63,766 nt of DNA from Pelomyxa schiedti (Eukaryota; Protista; Evosea): the NCBI GenBank assembly GCA_020536535.1, contig JAHLWZ010000875.1:1-63766 (forward strand). The letters are read 5' to 3'. This document shows, piece by piece, positions 37,365-49,744 of the stretch; the first letter of the stretch is position 1; the number at the start of each line of letters is the position of its first letter. Below the pieces are notes generated by a model. That model was not told where the DNA came from, ran no database searches, and saw only the letters and a list, made by a program, of their open reading frames with translations. Both the position numbers and the translations under genes were made by a program.

Positions 37365-38111
37365 TCAAGAGAAGTCCGCAGCACACTTATCACAGAGGTC
37401 ATAATCGCACTAGAGAGTGTGTGTTATGGGTTTTTGTTGAGAGAAGAAAGACAAAGTTGGGGATACTCACAGTGTCACAGCGGAATCTAGGTACACCGCG
37501 TGATTGGTTGAAACCAACCATACCCCTCCTGCAACCACCACTCCTTTTCCTGCCATCACATGCCCAGCCATTGTCACGGTTGTTGCGGAGCAGGGGGTGT
37601 CTGTGCAGTGGATGAACAACGTAGTACGGTGACCCATTCATGCACTCGTCACAAAGGTCATACCCACACTAAAAAAAAAAAGAGCCACCAACCCATTAGC
37701 CAAAAAGAAAAAAAAAAATTGAAAACCCCGCCCCATTAGCCAAAAGAAACCAGGGAGGGATAGAAGGACAGAAGAGATCGATCGGTACCTGGACGCACCT
37801 CCAACGAGGGGCGGTGCTGCCGTTGCACACGCAGCCAAGTTGGGTGGCGCGGCACGCCCACCTGCTGCCGTCGCCGTAGAATTTCACCAGGGGGTGCTCG
37901 TGGAGGGGGTGCTTGCGGCTCAGTTCCCTCATCCGGGTGTTGTACTCGTCCTGTGACATGCCCCCTCGCGAGTACTGCTCCTGAATAGTCTGTGTGTTGT
38001 GTGTGGGTGGGTGGTGCTTTGTTAATATCATGTCACCTTCATTCATTCTATATTGTATTAGGGGCATGTGGTTTGTACTTGTATCTCTTTGGTGATAGAG
38101 AAGTACCCCAT
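37365..38111 (-). CDS. Small protein with two tandem Cys/His-rich zinc-binding (C1/DC1/ZZ-like) modules
   Basis: MGYFSITKEIQ|..HPLHEHPL..WAC..C..RWRCVQ|CGYDLCDEC..HPLHRHPL..WACDG..C..RFRCDT|CDYDLCDKC*. Confidence 0.8.
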
Positions 38112-38285
38112 TACGGCGCAGTCCGCGACTTACTACGATTTTTTGAATGTTTGTTTTGAGAAGACTTGAGAGAAATTTTGTACGCGAAAAGTACGGATCT
38201 GTAAAGGGAAAAAAAAAAGGCTAAATGTTCTATCTATTGTACAACGTTATTACCACAGTATTTGGTGTTTATGGTGTTGGTGTTT

Positions 38286-39227
38286 CTACAGCACGGTGCA
38301 CTTCTTCTTCCTCTTCTCTTTGGTCTTCTTTGGGGTGTTGCCTGCTTCCAATTGCCGTGCTTGCCTTACTGCACTGTGGAAGGCATTATCGACATTGTGT
38401 CTTGTTAGTGCACTCGTCTCCCTAGTAAGTATAAAAAGAAAAAAATTGGTTGCAGCAGTAATACCAGAATATACAACCAGACGATTTGGCAAAGTCCTGT
38501 CCTTCCTTTGTTGTTACTTGCCTCTGGGCATCCAAATCGCATTTATTTCCTACAGAAGAAATCAGTGTTACACACTACTACTGCTAATAGTTACCGCACA
38601 TAACCACTGGGCGGGACCCTCGCACTCTGAGAATTTGGTGGTGTAAAGGAGACAGACTCTGGAAACTGTCTCGGTCTGTTATACTATATACCTTCAAAGA
38701 TGCAATTTAGAATGGGGAATGACACTAAGTATAGTACCAACAAGAATGCTTGAGCGGTTTTCATATATTGATCTCGAATAGCGGAAAAACTGGAGTGACC
38801 GAGTGAGAAATTAGCAGCGGGGATTGGGGACACACTCTTCCGTGATAGTGGCACCTGTATGATGCCAATTTACACTGGAGCTTTGTGTACCACAACTGGC
38901 GGTATCAAGAATATCTAATACGGCCAGTTTGCCGTCAACGCAACTGTGAGTGCGGTACGAATCTTCAATTGTCTAAACATTTCCAGCGTTAAAGGGAAGA
39001 AAAGTGACAACGCAAATCGAATAGACCTACAGGATCGTACAACGTCACGAAATGATTGTTCACAAATTGTATGGTCAAAGAACCTTTCCAAACGTCACTC
39101 CTTGTACCCGACGGAAAAAAAAAAAACTTTCTCTCGTACTTTTGCCGGCAGATGTGACACCCAAAACAACAAGTCGATACTCGCTCAACGTGCCACACGT
39201 ACGTGGCTCCACCGCATCGTAGTTCAT
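38286..39227 (-). CDS. Ras-family small GTPase with an atypical G1 and G3 and a CAAX box
   Basis: EYRLVVLGVTSAGK|SSLTIQFV..YDP|TIEDSYR..LDILDTAS..FSAIRDQYM..|NKCDL..ETSAL..KKKCTVL*. Confidence 0.9.
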
Positions 39228-39482
39228 CGATTAACTTTATTTGAAAATTTTAAGTTCCTCTCCCCTCAACCGGCTTTCCTGGGCAAAAGTTTCAACAAAC
39301 ATCGGTTCAAATAAATGATCGCTTGAACGTCTTCGCTGAAAAAAATCTTGTTCTGGCCACAAAGAGAGCGGAAGAACTGCACCATGGGGTATTTCCCTAT
39401 TACCGATAGACAATAGTAAAAAGGAAAAGAGGGCTCCCGTTTTACTATCTGTACAGTGGTAATGGTGTTGGGAATCCAATCC

Positions 39483-42178
39483 TCATTGTAGAAGGACCAA
39501 GGACTTGCCATGTTGTTTGAGGTCATCAAAGAGTCTTTCGTTCTTCAAGGTAGCGCAGAAGGTGGATATGAACTCAACAACGGACTTGTCTCTGGAGCCT
39601 TTTTTGCCATTGAACACAACCACCATTTGCATTCCAGGAAATACTTGCTGCACAAAGTAACTGTACTGCGGTTCCTCTTTGTTGTCATAATAACAGGATG
39701 GGGCATGTGTGGATTGCAACTGCTCTAGCAGGAGTAGTAATCCAGCTTCAGTCTCACACAGAGAAGATGGTTGAACGCTTGTTGCTGATGTCATGGTTGT
39801 GGCTGTTGTTGATGTACTTGTAGTTGGGGTTGTGCCAGTAGTAGTAGGGGTAAGAGCCGAAGACATTGTGGGATTAGCAGCAGAACTTGTATTTGAGGGT
39901 GTGGAAGTTGGTAGTTGTGGGCGTGATGGGGGAGGAGTGGATGGTGCTTTGGAAGTGGATGGAGATGTGTGTGTAGTGGAGGGTGATAGCTGTGTGGTTG
40001 TGGAAGCTGGTTGCCGGGGTGATAGGGAGACCATACTCAGTTTTTGTTGCACTTTTTGTATTGATGAATTGATCATAGTTATAATGCTAATGACACAGGG
40101 ATAGTGTGGCCTGGCACTCTGTGCATAGATCAATTTTTCCCTTAGATTTCTTTTTACAACCTCTGGTGAAACGAAGACTGTCGGCCAATCAATTAGAAGC
40201 TCTTGGGAACCCACCCCAGCGAGACAGAGATAGCCATTATACTCAGGAACAACACCAGAAGGCTTTTCATAAATAATCCACACACTGTGAGCTTTGTTTT
40301 TATGTAGGAAGGTTTCTATCCTACAAAATAAATAAAAGAAAGGAATGTAATGAGTTGTACTGTGCTATAAAGTCGGTAGTTTTCTTCTGGTTCGGCAGTT
40401 GATCGTCTTGAATGATTGCCGCTGTGCTGTAAAGAGAATTTCCAACATATTTGCTCTTGGCTTCTTCATATTGACGATGTATTGCATGCAATGGTGTTCG
40501 AAATACCAGCCTGACTTTGGAAGTTTCATGGAAAAACCAAACCCACATCAGCTGATACAGAGGCATGCATGTCCATTGTTGCACCACTGATACGTGATGC
40601 TCTTCTTCTTGCTGATGAAATGTTGGACACCTAAGCCTAAGAGAGGGCTAATAAACCTTTCTGGATAGTTCTAGGTCTGGCCAAGTAGAAAGAATTTTGT
40701 GGCACACATTCAATACAAGCATTGCTTGTAGGAATTTCACTTCGCTTATCAGTATATCTGCAGCCACAAGTCTATTTAGAATCTGAAGCTCTGTCCTTGG
40801 AGAGTCAGCTAAGAGAAATATTAAGAAAATAAGGGGCAAAGAGGTAAAGAAACAGATAAGGAGCGAAAGGAAAAGCCACAATCAAAGGAGTAGGAGTCAT
40901 ACGTGATGTGATATACTAGATTGGAGAGAGTCTTACAATCAATGGCCTCCAGTGGTATGAGAGTATCTTTCAATTCTTGCAATAATGCCTCTCTCTCAGG
41001 CATTTTTTGATTGGCTAAGCTTTCATACCTGCATAGAAGATGAGTCGAATAGGGTGAGTCATGTGCCTCTTTACAATGTAGAAGTAAATATTCTTGCTTG
41101 AAGAAATGTGCAAAGATTTTTCAGTACAGGTTCGATGAGAGCCACTTGATTGATGTCACCATGAATAAGTGGTGGAGATTGAGGTGAGGGTTCCCGGGAA
41201 GAGGGGGGTGCAATCAAAGGCTGGGCCAGTGCCTGCAACCTCTTCTGTGCTGCTAGGACCAAATTTGTCATATCGCGATGGAGTGCGTGGTACAGTGGAG
41301 AAACAATCTTTAATATGTAAGTAAAGGCAAAGGAAAAGTGGAGTGCCTTTTTTTTACTTGACTGCCAGGCCAAAGTGTGGTAATCCTTTTCCGCTGTAGC
41401 TAAAACCAGCATGTGGTTGAACAATTGTGACCAATTCAATTTCTGTCTTTGTTGAGAAAAGAAAAGTGGAAGGTTTCTTATAGTAGGTGAGATACTGGTA
41501 CGCCTTTGCATATTTCTGCGAATCTAGCAGCTCTGTTAATAGTAAGACTAAAAATGGCAAAAACAGTTTGTCACAAGAATATGTTCAATACATTTCGAAC
41601 TTCTTACGAGACAAATGAGTGAAGAACAAATCAAGTGTCTCTGACAACGTTTGCTTATCCAGAGATGCAGGAGCCACACCACCACCTCCCAAGTACCCCA
41701 ATCCATGCATAGGTCTTACATTGGCTGGTGGGCTCCGTGAGGGTACCAAAGGCAGGCTATTTGTGGAAGAAGTAAAACGTGAAGGAGAGGGCATTGTAGA
41801 CAACCCAGAAGGGGATCCTGAGGAACTCTTGAACAAATTGGATGTTAAAGTGGCAGTCACATTTGAACTATTAGCACCACCCCAAGCTGCATTTGCATTT
41901 GCAGTTGCAGTAGAAGCAGACGTGGGTTTCGACGTGGCAGCAACTGCAGATGCGGCTGCACGCGACGATTCGGTGGACGCCGTCGCGTTGGAGGCAGGCA
42001 CGTGCGCCTCCACAGACGACCCCGACGAGGACGAGGAGGACGAGAAGACCGACGATGACGACGAATACGACGAGGTCGACGAAAGAGAAGAAGATGATGA
42101 ATCACCTGTGGCGGCGTTGCTAGAGGATGACGTCGCCGACGAGTCTGTTTTGCTGCGAAACCACGACGAGAACGCCAT
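39483..42178 (-). CDS. KICS2: KICSTOR subunit 2 (C12orf66)-like protein
   Basis: C-terminal VVFNGKKGSRDKSVVEFISTFCATLKNERLFDDLK and DWPTV resemble my recollection of the C12orf66 (DUF2003) C-terminus. Ser-rich N-terminus. Confidence 0.65.
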
Positions 42179-42246
42179 AATTTCGTTTTTTGTCTTGTCT
42201 TTTTCCGATGTTGGGTACATCAAATCTCCAACACAGTGGCCATAAT

Positions 42247-43968
42247 TTATAGGTAGAGGAACGCGGCTGGTAACTGGGGTTGAGAAGCATGCTGCTTTAC
42301 GAGGAGCTCGGCCTGCCTAAGGAACTCTTCTCGATTGGCAATAAATGCCTGCACGTTTCCCTCATGGTCAGCACATTGCATCTGTGCCTGTGCCTCCTCT
42401 TTGTTGGAACTCCAAGAGTCGATCACATTCACTCTCTCACGAATGCATTTCATCACAGTCATGATTGTGACCTGTGGTGACCATGAGCCAAGAGCAGGCA
42501 CTAGGCAGGAGCAAATTGGGTGCCTGGTGTTCAGAATTGGGTGGTGGATTGGTGTGACTAGTTGCGCGAGGGGCGCTCGGAATGGGTACTCTGAGGGAAG
42601 TGTGAATTTGATGATAAAGAATCCTTGTGAGTATGGCATGCCAGGTGGTTTGAATTGCACCATCACTTGGGTGCTCTGGCCAGTAGCAAAGGCACTTGCC
42701 GGCTCAGCGAAAACCCACTCTGGCTCAATTGCTTGTATTATGTCCCGCCTTACTCTCCTGAACTGGCCCGTAATGCCACCGGCCTTTGGTGGCCATGTGG
42801 TTCCGGTTTGAAGTTGTTCCACTGCATCCAGTAGCGGCGCCACACTACTACTTCTTCTTTTCACAATGCTGTACCGCCTTCCCGGTACAACCAGGTATTC
42901 TGAGTAGCAGGTTAACATTGGACAGTTTGGCCCTAGTACAAAATTACCTGATTTACCAGAGAAAGGTTTCAGATCAAATACCATACCCCCAAGTGAAAGG
43001 ATAACTTCGTTGGGGTCATATCCCACTGCATAGGTACGGAAGTGATCAATATCTGTGCATTAAAAGGAAAAATGAGAAACTAAGGAAATGAATTAAAAAC
43101 AACCAGTCGTGGCTGAAGAAAACTGCAACCAAAATTCAACTGAATCCGTATTGAAACAAAAGCAACCAGTCATGTACATTGACAAGACTAAACAAGGTTC
43201 CATCTCTTTCAATGCTGAAACTAGCAAAGCTATCACACCACACCATTTTGGCCATAAATCTGTGTCACACAAGAGAGCTCTGTTCAGGAGAACACTTGGA
43301 TTGAGGGCATTATCAGTGCTGTAGTTGAGTGTGTACAGTGCAACAGCACAAGCAGCTTCAGGGTTAGGCTTTTCCCTCTCATCGAGTCCAGCTACAATAT
43401 TTCGGCACCTCTCAATGATCTCAAGCTGAATCAGAAAGGTTGAGGAAAGAGAAAAGATATCACCTTTTCCTTGTTCTTCATTCCAGTTGCAGAAACAGCC
43501 TCTGCAAAACTTGGAATTGGCACACTGGATAGTACTTGTTCCATATGTGATTGGACTCTTCTTTTCACCTCTTCCTCATCCTCAATGGGCACATTCACCC
43601 ATCCAACCCTGTGTGGCTCCATAAACCCCAAGTAAGTTCATAAGTAAACAGAACCAGAAGCTTAAAAAAAAAAAAAAAAAAGACAAATCAGGTGACAGTG
43701 AAATTAGAGATAAGTAATACAAAATGATAGGTACCCTTGGGTAGGCATAGTCAATTACTTCTCGTATGAACCACAGAGGTAAAGCTCTCAGTCCCACTCG
43801 AACATAAGAGCCAGTCTCGGGGTCTCTTGTACTCCCATAATTGTCGGTTGTGACACAATGGTTGGCACTCTGTCTACACGAAGTGGCACCATATACCAAC
43901 AACGTGCCCAAAATCCTACGTTGCTGGCACCTCCAAAGTTTATGAGGTCCACCTGCTGCCGAGGACAT
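42247..43968 (-). CDS. Degenerate ADP-ribosyltransferase-like domain fused to a C-terminal ubiquitin-conjugating (UBC/E2) domain
   Basis: ART-like: AVALYT..LLNRAL..KW..LLVSALKEM..SMYMTG..FWLQFSSAT|..FDLKPFSGKSGNFVLGP. E2: PYSQGFFIIKFTLPSEYPFRAP..TPIHHPI..ICS..WSPQVTI. Confidence 0.72.
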
Positions 43969-44169
43969 TACTTTTGGATCCTTTTTCAAATAAAGTTGGA
44001 ACGTTCCAACGGCACCACTAGGCAATAGATTCTACGGGCACTGCAAACGCAGTCTTTGGCACATAGTTCATCTATCGTGTGCGTGTCGTTGTGGTTTTCG
44101 GAGAATGACCCAACAAGACACCAGTGTGTGTTTGCAGAAGAAAAGCCAAACAGGAAAACAACGAAAAGA

Positions 44170-47100
44170 ATGTGGCTGTTCCAGAAGCAGCCCCAAGACG
44201 TGCTGTTCGAGGCGTCGCGCGACGGCGACTCGGCGACGGTCCTCAAGATCCTCTGCGAGAACAACCTCTCGGCCGACACCACCGGCAGCGCGTCGGGGGG
44301 CGACACGCCGCTGTTCGCGGCGAGCGCCAACGGGCACCCCCGCGTGGTGGAGCTGCTGCTGACCAAGGGGCGCGCGGACCCCGACCGCGCCATCGCCACG
44401 CGCGGCGGCGCCACCCCGCTGTTCGCCGCGTGCGCCAACGGGCACGCCGAGGTCGCCCGCGTGCTGCTGGCCAAGGGCCGCGCGAGGGTCAACAAGCCCA
44501 AGGCGTCGTCCGGCGCGACGCCCCTGCTGGTGGCCGCGCAGAAGGGCCACGCCGCCGTCGTCGAGGTGCTCATCGGCGTCGGCCACGCCGACGTCTCCCT
44601 GGGCATCCGTCCCACCGGCGTCCCCAATTCCCCGTCTTCCCCAGCGCTTTACACTTCGTCGTCATCTGCTGCTTCTTCTAAGAAATCTGGCTCTGGATAT
44701 GGAGCTGGCGTTCAGACGAACGTGAAGGCGGCCGGGGCCACGCCTTTGTTTGTTGCTTCGCAAGGGGGGCACGCTGAGGTTGTAGAGCTGCTGATAAAGG
44801 CCGGCGCCGACGTCGACGCCCCTGGGGCCGGGGCCGACGCCACCTCGTTGTTCGCAGCCAGCGCCGCCGGGCACGCCAATGTGGTTGCGATTCTGATCGA
44901 CCGCGGGCACGCGGACACGAACAAGCCGAGGAAGAGCGACGGCGCGTCTCCGATCTTCGCGGCCTGCGCAAATGGCCATGTGAGTGTAGTGGAACTTTTG
45001 GTGGCGAGGGGCGCGGATCCCAGGAGGCCCTTGCCCAAGCTGAGGCTCACTCCGCTGCACATCGCCGTGATTATGGGTCACGCGCATGTCGTCGCGGCAC
45101 TCCTGAGAGCCGGCGTTGCCGCGGACGGCATGGAGGAAGGAGCCGGCGCCACGGAGTGCAACGACTGCTCCGAATGCGAGCCGCAAGATTACATAGTCGT
45201 CCCGCCGCTGCACATGGCCGCTGCCAGGGGCAACACTGAAATTGTTTCATTGCTGGCCTCTTGTGGTGCCGATTGCGAACGGCCGGTGGGGCTGTGGGGG
45301 ATGACGCCCTTGTGCATCGCCTGTCGCGCGGCGCGGCCTTTGATCGCTCATCTGCTCATTGATGAGGCGTGTGTTGGCGTGGAAACCCCAACTTCTCCAC
45401 GCGATCCAAGCTTTACACCTCGTCCTCCTATTGTCTGCGCGTTAGTGGGGAGAGATCAAGTATGCTTCCCTTCTTCACTTTCCTAACGCGTTAATTCTGA
45501 TCCCGCGCATGTGCCTCTTCTACTGGAAAGATCACTTGCCTCTATGGCCATGAGTTGACCGAAATTTCTACCAAAGAGGAGTTAGAGAAATACAAGGGAG
45601 CACATCATTCATATGTTGTGTGTTCTGCGTGCGGTGGTTGGGTGAATTTACCTCTTCCCGCGTTGGTATGCGATGTATGCAGCTCTTTCTTTTTATGTAC
45701 AGTCTGCTGTGCTGCCTGGAGGGCGCCGCCAGCCCTTCCTTCAGGCTCCCCTCCTGGCTCTCCTACACTCTCACCTTGTATTCCTACATCCACTTCCTCC
45801 TTAGCTCTCCTCCCCTCCCCTCCACAGACAACTCTTCCTTCACCAACCAAAAAATCCTCTTCTACCATAACACCTCCTGAAGCACCTACAACTTCCAAGC
45901 GGTCTCCATCTCCGTCACCTCCTGCAATGGACATAGATACACAAATAGCAGCTTCTACAGCGGCAATGGCCGCCAGTACCAACGCTATTGAGGTAGCCAG
46001 AACTATTGTGATAGCTGGAGCTACAGTACCTGAGGTGTGGAGAAAAGAAGTAAAATCTGCTATCGGAGGCTCTGATTTGATGCATAGCTTACTGGGGCTG
46101 TGGAGAGCCTGTGGGGTTGCAAAAATTTTCTCTCAAGAACCAGAGCAGCAACAAAATGAAGCTCCTCCAAGCACAACAACTACCACTGAGGGACCCGATG
46201 CTCAAGTATCTGTGAAAGCCCCTGAGCTCCCACAAATTGTCAGCAAGTGGGTGTGGTTCGACATGTGCATAGCACAGCCATCACAACTTATCACGAAATT
46301 GTCTCAGCGGGCAGATACCCAAGTTGCAACTGCTCACATTCTAGATGAAGGATGCACTGGATATATACCGTTTGGAAGTAGGTTGTCCTGTTTTATCTAA
46401 AATATACCAAACAAGAGAATAATAAAATATTTACTAAGGTATGAATCAATTATCTGTGAGAATGGTCCTTCACCTCAATCGGGATCTTCAAAAGAAATCC
46501 AAAGAGAAACTCAGTACGATAAACCAAGAGAACCTGTTCAAGCAACGCCTCCAGCAACACAGTAAATTAATGGTGCAGCAATGTGAACTGCAAGAACAAG
46601 AATTGTTTCAGCTCAGAGGAGATCTGATGCGTGTCAGTGGTGAGCTGGTAGATGCACGACGAGAAGCAGCAACTGCCATGCACGATCTAGCAACAACAAT
46701 GGTGGAGCTGGAGTGGCTGAGGAAGCAGATGACTGGAGGAGTTGGTGCTACAGCAGGGTCCACCAGCCCAGCTGTCAAACGAGAAGTTGATGCACAAAGG
46801 GATAAAGGTGACATGGGGAAGCAGTCTGACTTGTCTGTGCACACAAGTACAGATACAATTCCCAAGGTAATTTATGTGGAACCAGATGCTGATACAGGAA
46901 CAACAAAAGGGAAACAGACACTCCCTCAAATAGTCACCCCACCAACAGCCGTTATCGTTGACTCGGCAAGTTTTACTAATGGTCAAGCCCCAACAAAGAC
47001 AACCAGTGGCGATAAGTTTAAAAGCGTTGAAGAAATGCATGAAGAGGGTAAGTCTTTGGGCTCAAGCTATGGGTCAAGTACATCGCCAAATTCTTGTCCT

Positions 47101-48289
47101 ACACTCTACACTAGTGGGCCTGCGAGTGATGACACTTTTTCCTCCACTTCAAGCAGTTCTGTCCATTTCAGTGAATTTGAGGCTGCCTCTGTAGTATCCT
47201 GCAGTGACTCTGATGCTGCATTCTGTGTTACAACTAAGGGCAGTGATTCCAAGAAACCTCAGAAAGTGATTGTGAAATGCACCTCAAGTTTTGATTTTAC
47301 TAGTAGGCAAACCATTGCTCAGTCAAGGTTAGCCATCGATATCTCAGTCAAATTAATTACAAATGGAACTTCAAAATAATCAAGGTACGGAAATGAAATG
47401 TTCGTTTTAAACATGCTCCCTGCACACGAAAACATTCTCCACCCCCTTACTTCCTTCATTGATACGCTCCCGGAATCTTGGCGTAATTTGATACAGCCTC
47501 CTAGTAAGTCCTATCACCTCACTTGCGACGCTAATTACTGATTATGCAGAGCCATTTTCAGACTCTGTAATGCTAAATGTAGTAAGCCCGTATGGAGGTT
47601 TTCAACTCAAATTCCACGTGAAGGGAAAAAACCATTTCTGCAGGGAAGCCCTTCTGTGCTATGCAAGATAAAGTGAGAGCAGACCCGAATCTAGTTAAGT
47701 CCTTGCTGCTCCAATTACTATCTGGCGTAGCGCACCTTCAGTTCAACCAAATTGTGCACAGAAATCTTTGCAGCGACACGCTAATAGTGGAAGAAGAAGA
47801 GGTCGGCCGCCCGACATCTAAATATTATATAAGCCACTCACATCTCCAATTCAGGGAGTATGCACAGTTAAGATAACCAATTTCGAGCTAGCAACCATAT
47901 GTGATTCCACCGAACTAAGTAGTACTCTGGAACCAAACACACTGGCATGGGGTGATCAACTCACTCTTGCTCCGGATGTAGCGGAATCAATCAATTCACA
48001 TGGAAGTTCTGCCACAGAACCTGTAAGATATGGTCAGGCTGATACTTTTGCTGCTGGCGTAGTTATCTGGAATTTGCTAGACACCATTCCTACAACAATC
48101 ACTGATCTCCCCACAACACCACCCACAATAGGCAAGTACTCCTGCATAGTTGACTTTGACAAACTACCCAGACTCGATGCCTCAGTCTGTGGAACTGATG
48201 TGGTTCACGTTTTGGCCTCGTTGGTTGTCAAGGAAGGCACAAAGTGCATGATGTCAACACAAGAGGCCATTGCCTCACTCAGAAAATGA
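44170..48289 (+). CDS. Ankyrin-repeat protein with a coiled coil and a C-terminal kinase-like (probable pseudokinase) domain
   Basis: About 9 TPLFAA/TPLH ankyrin repeats, CxxC motifs and a coiled coil. Kinase: HENILH, LLQLLSGVAHL..IVHRNL, KITNFELA, LAPDV and ADTFAAGVV. Confidence 0.8.
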
Positions 48290-48473
48290 TAATGAAACTT
48301 TCATTTGGTTTTCATTATCCCTTTAGCAAAAATGAATTACTTGTGCTACATGTTTACAATTTTTTCCTTTCGAAAAGCTCCACCCAAGCTCCTCTGACAA
48401 CCAAAAAAAGGAAGTTAGAATCCTTCTTACTTCTTTGTTAATGGATATTTGGCACTCAACCAATGCACGTGGA

Positions 48474-49744
48474 TCAGGAAATAACTTTCATTAACCAGCT
48501 GTAGGCATCAGACAAACCCTCACCAGTCCTTGCACAGCAGGGCTGAACGAGCCATAGAGGGTGATCTATCTCAACTTCTGCAAGTCTCATGGCCTCGCAT
48601 ATTTCATAAGCAGACAGAGCGGTAGGACGATCTTGCATGTTGGCTTGTTTGTTGTTTGGTGAGAAATAGAGCCACTCAACGAAACTGGTACCTAAAATGA
48701 GGAGCGGAATATTTCGAAGTAGTGGCTCAGCTGATATCTGCGTAATTGTTGGGAGACAATAAAAAAGATAGTAATACCGCCAAAAATGTAGGAATTTGCT
48801 CATTGAACAATTCTATATTGCTGCTGTCCACAGTCCATACAAAGGCGTTGATGTTTTGATAATCTTTTTTCCTTGTTAGAAGGGGAAAAAAAGACAGAAT
48901 CACAGACAATGCCGATAAAGGACCCTCATTCTCTCATCTGTTTATTGGGATGAGACAACTTAACTCAAGATGGAATACTTGGTCCTGTGTCCTGGATGTA
49001 ATATGGGTCACCGAAAAAAGTGTGAAGTTGTAGCATACATACAACGTAACCGTGGTATTGCCATGGTACAGTGTATCACAATCTATGGTCGTGTTGATTA
49101 AAAAGTAAGTCTTTCCACAACCCAACTGAAACCAATGGTGCCCATTACAGCGGGACCTGGTCTGTAAATTTTCATTGTGTATAAGGTCGTTTTTTTCCCT
49201 GTGGTGATGAATTGCGTTGAGTGATGGGGTGTACAATTGCAGGATGTACCTGTGTCTGGAAACCCGGTCCACAGAATTTTGGGTTTAGGGGTCCAATAAG
49301 GTATGTATGACAATACTTTCCTGACAGCTGATTCCACAGGTACGTACACATACAAAGATTCCGCCTTTCTGCAAAACTTAAGACAAATACCACACATTGA
49401 GCAAGAGTAAAGAGCAAAGAGCAAAGAGCAAAAAGCAAAAAGCAAAATGCAAAATGCAAAAGCGGGGGAAAAAAATCCCACTTGGAGCCCATTGCCGCGC
49501 CTGTGTGTGCGGCCTTGAATTCGACCAGTGACATAGTGCCGGGGTTGTATTCGTAAGCCCGGTGTGACTTGCCCAGTCCCACTACTGGGCGCCACGCCCG
49601 ACTGAGGAACAGATTTCGCCAAACCGAGGGGTGTGACGTCACCAGCAAGTGCAGAGACTGGCACGTGCGAGACAGGCGGCACAACGAACGGGCGTCGAGG
49701 TACACAACGACTCCCCTGCATGCCATCCGTACGTTGGAACCCAT
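48474..49744 (-). CDS. F-box domain fused to a degenerate Arf-like GTPase; start approximate
   Basis: F-box: VYLDARSLCRLSRTCQSLHLLV..VWRNLF. Arf: KILWTGFPDT|GKKTTLY..TIGF|NCDT..LY|DTGP|NERMRVLYRH..AFVWTVDSSN..PLLILG|NKQ..WLVQPCCARTGEGL..AYSWL. Confidence 0.8.
49411..49462. repeat. Intronic (AGCAAA/AGCAAAG)n tandem repeat
   Basis: Read directly in the sequence. Confidence 0.8.

Noticed and set aside
37690-37750. Duplicated CCCATTAGCCAAAA(A)GAAA in an intron
   Set aside because: It is a simple local two-copy duplication with no spacer array or mobile-element hallmarks.
39757-39772. ACAGAGAAGAT resembling the U6 ACAGAGA box
   Set aside because: It lies antisense within a coding exon, and the rest of U6 is absent.
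44068-45213. Long antisense and alternate-frame ORFs over GC-rich exons (also at 14071-14496, 20834-21517, 41619-42245, 51254-51934)
   Set aside because: They are shadows of GC-rich, codon-biased sense exons, with low-complexity translations.
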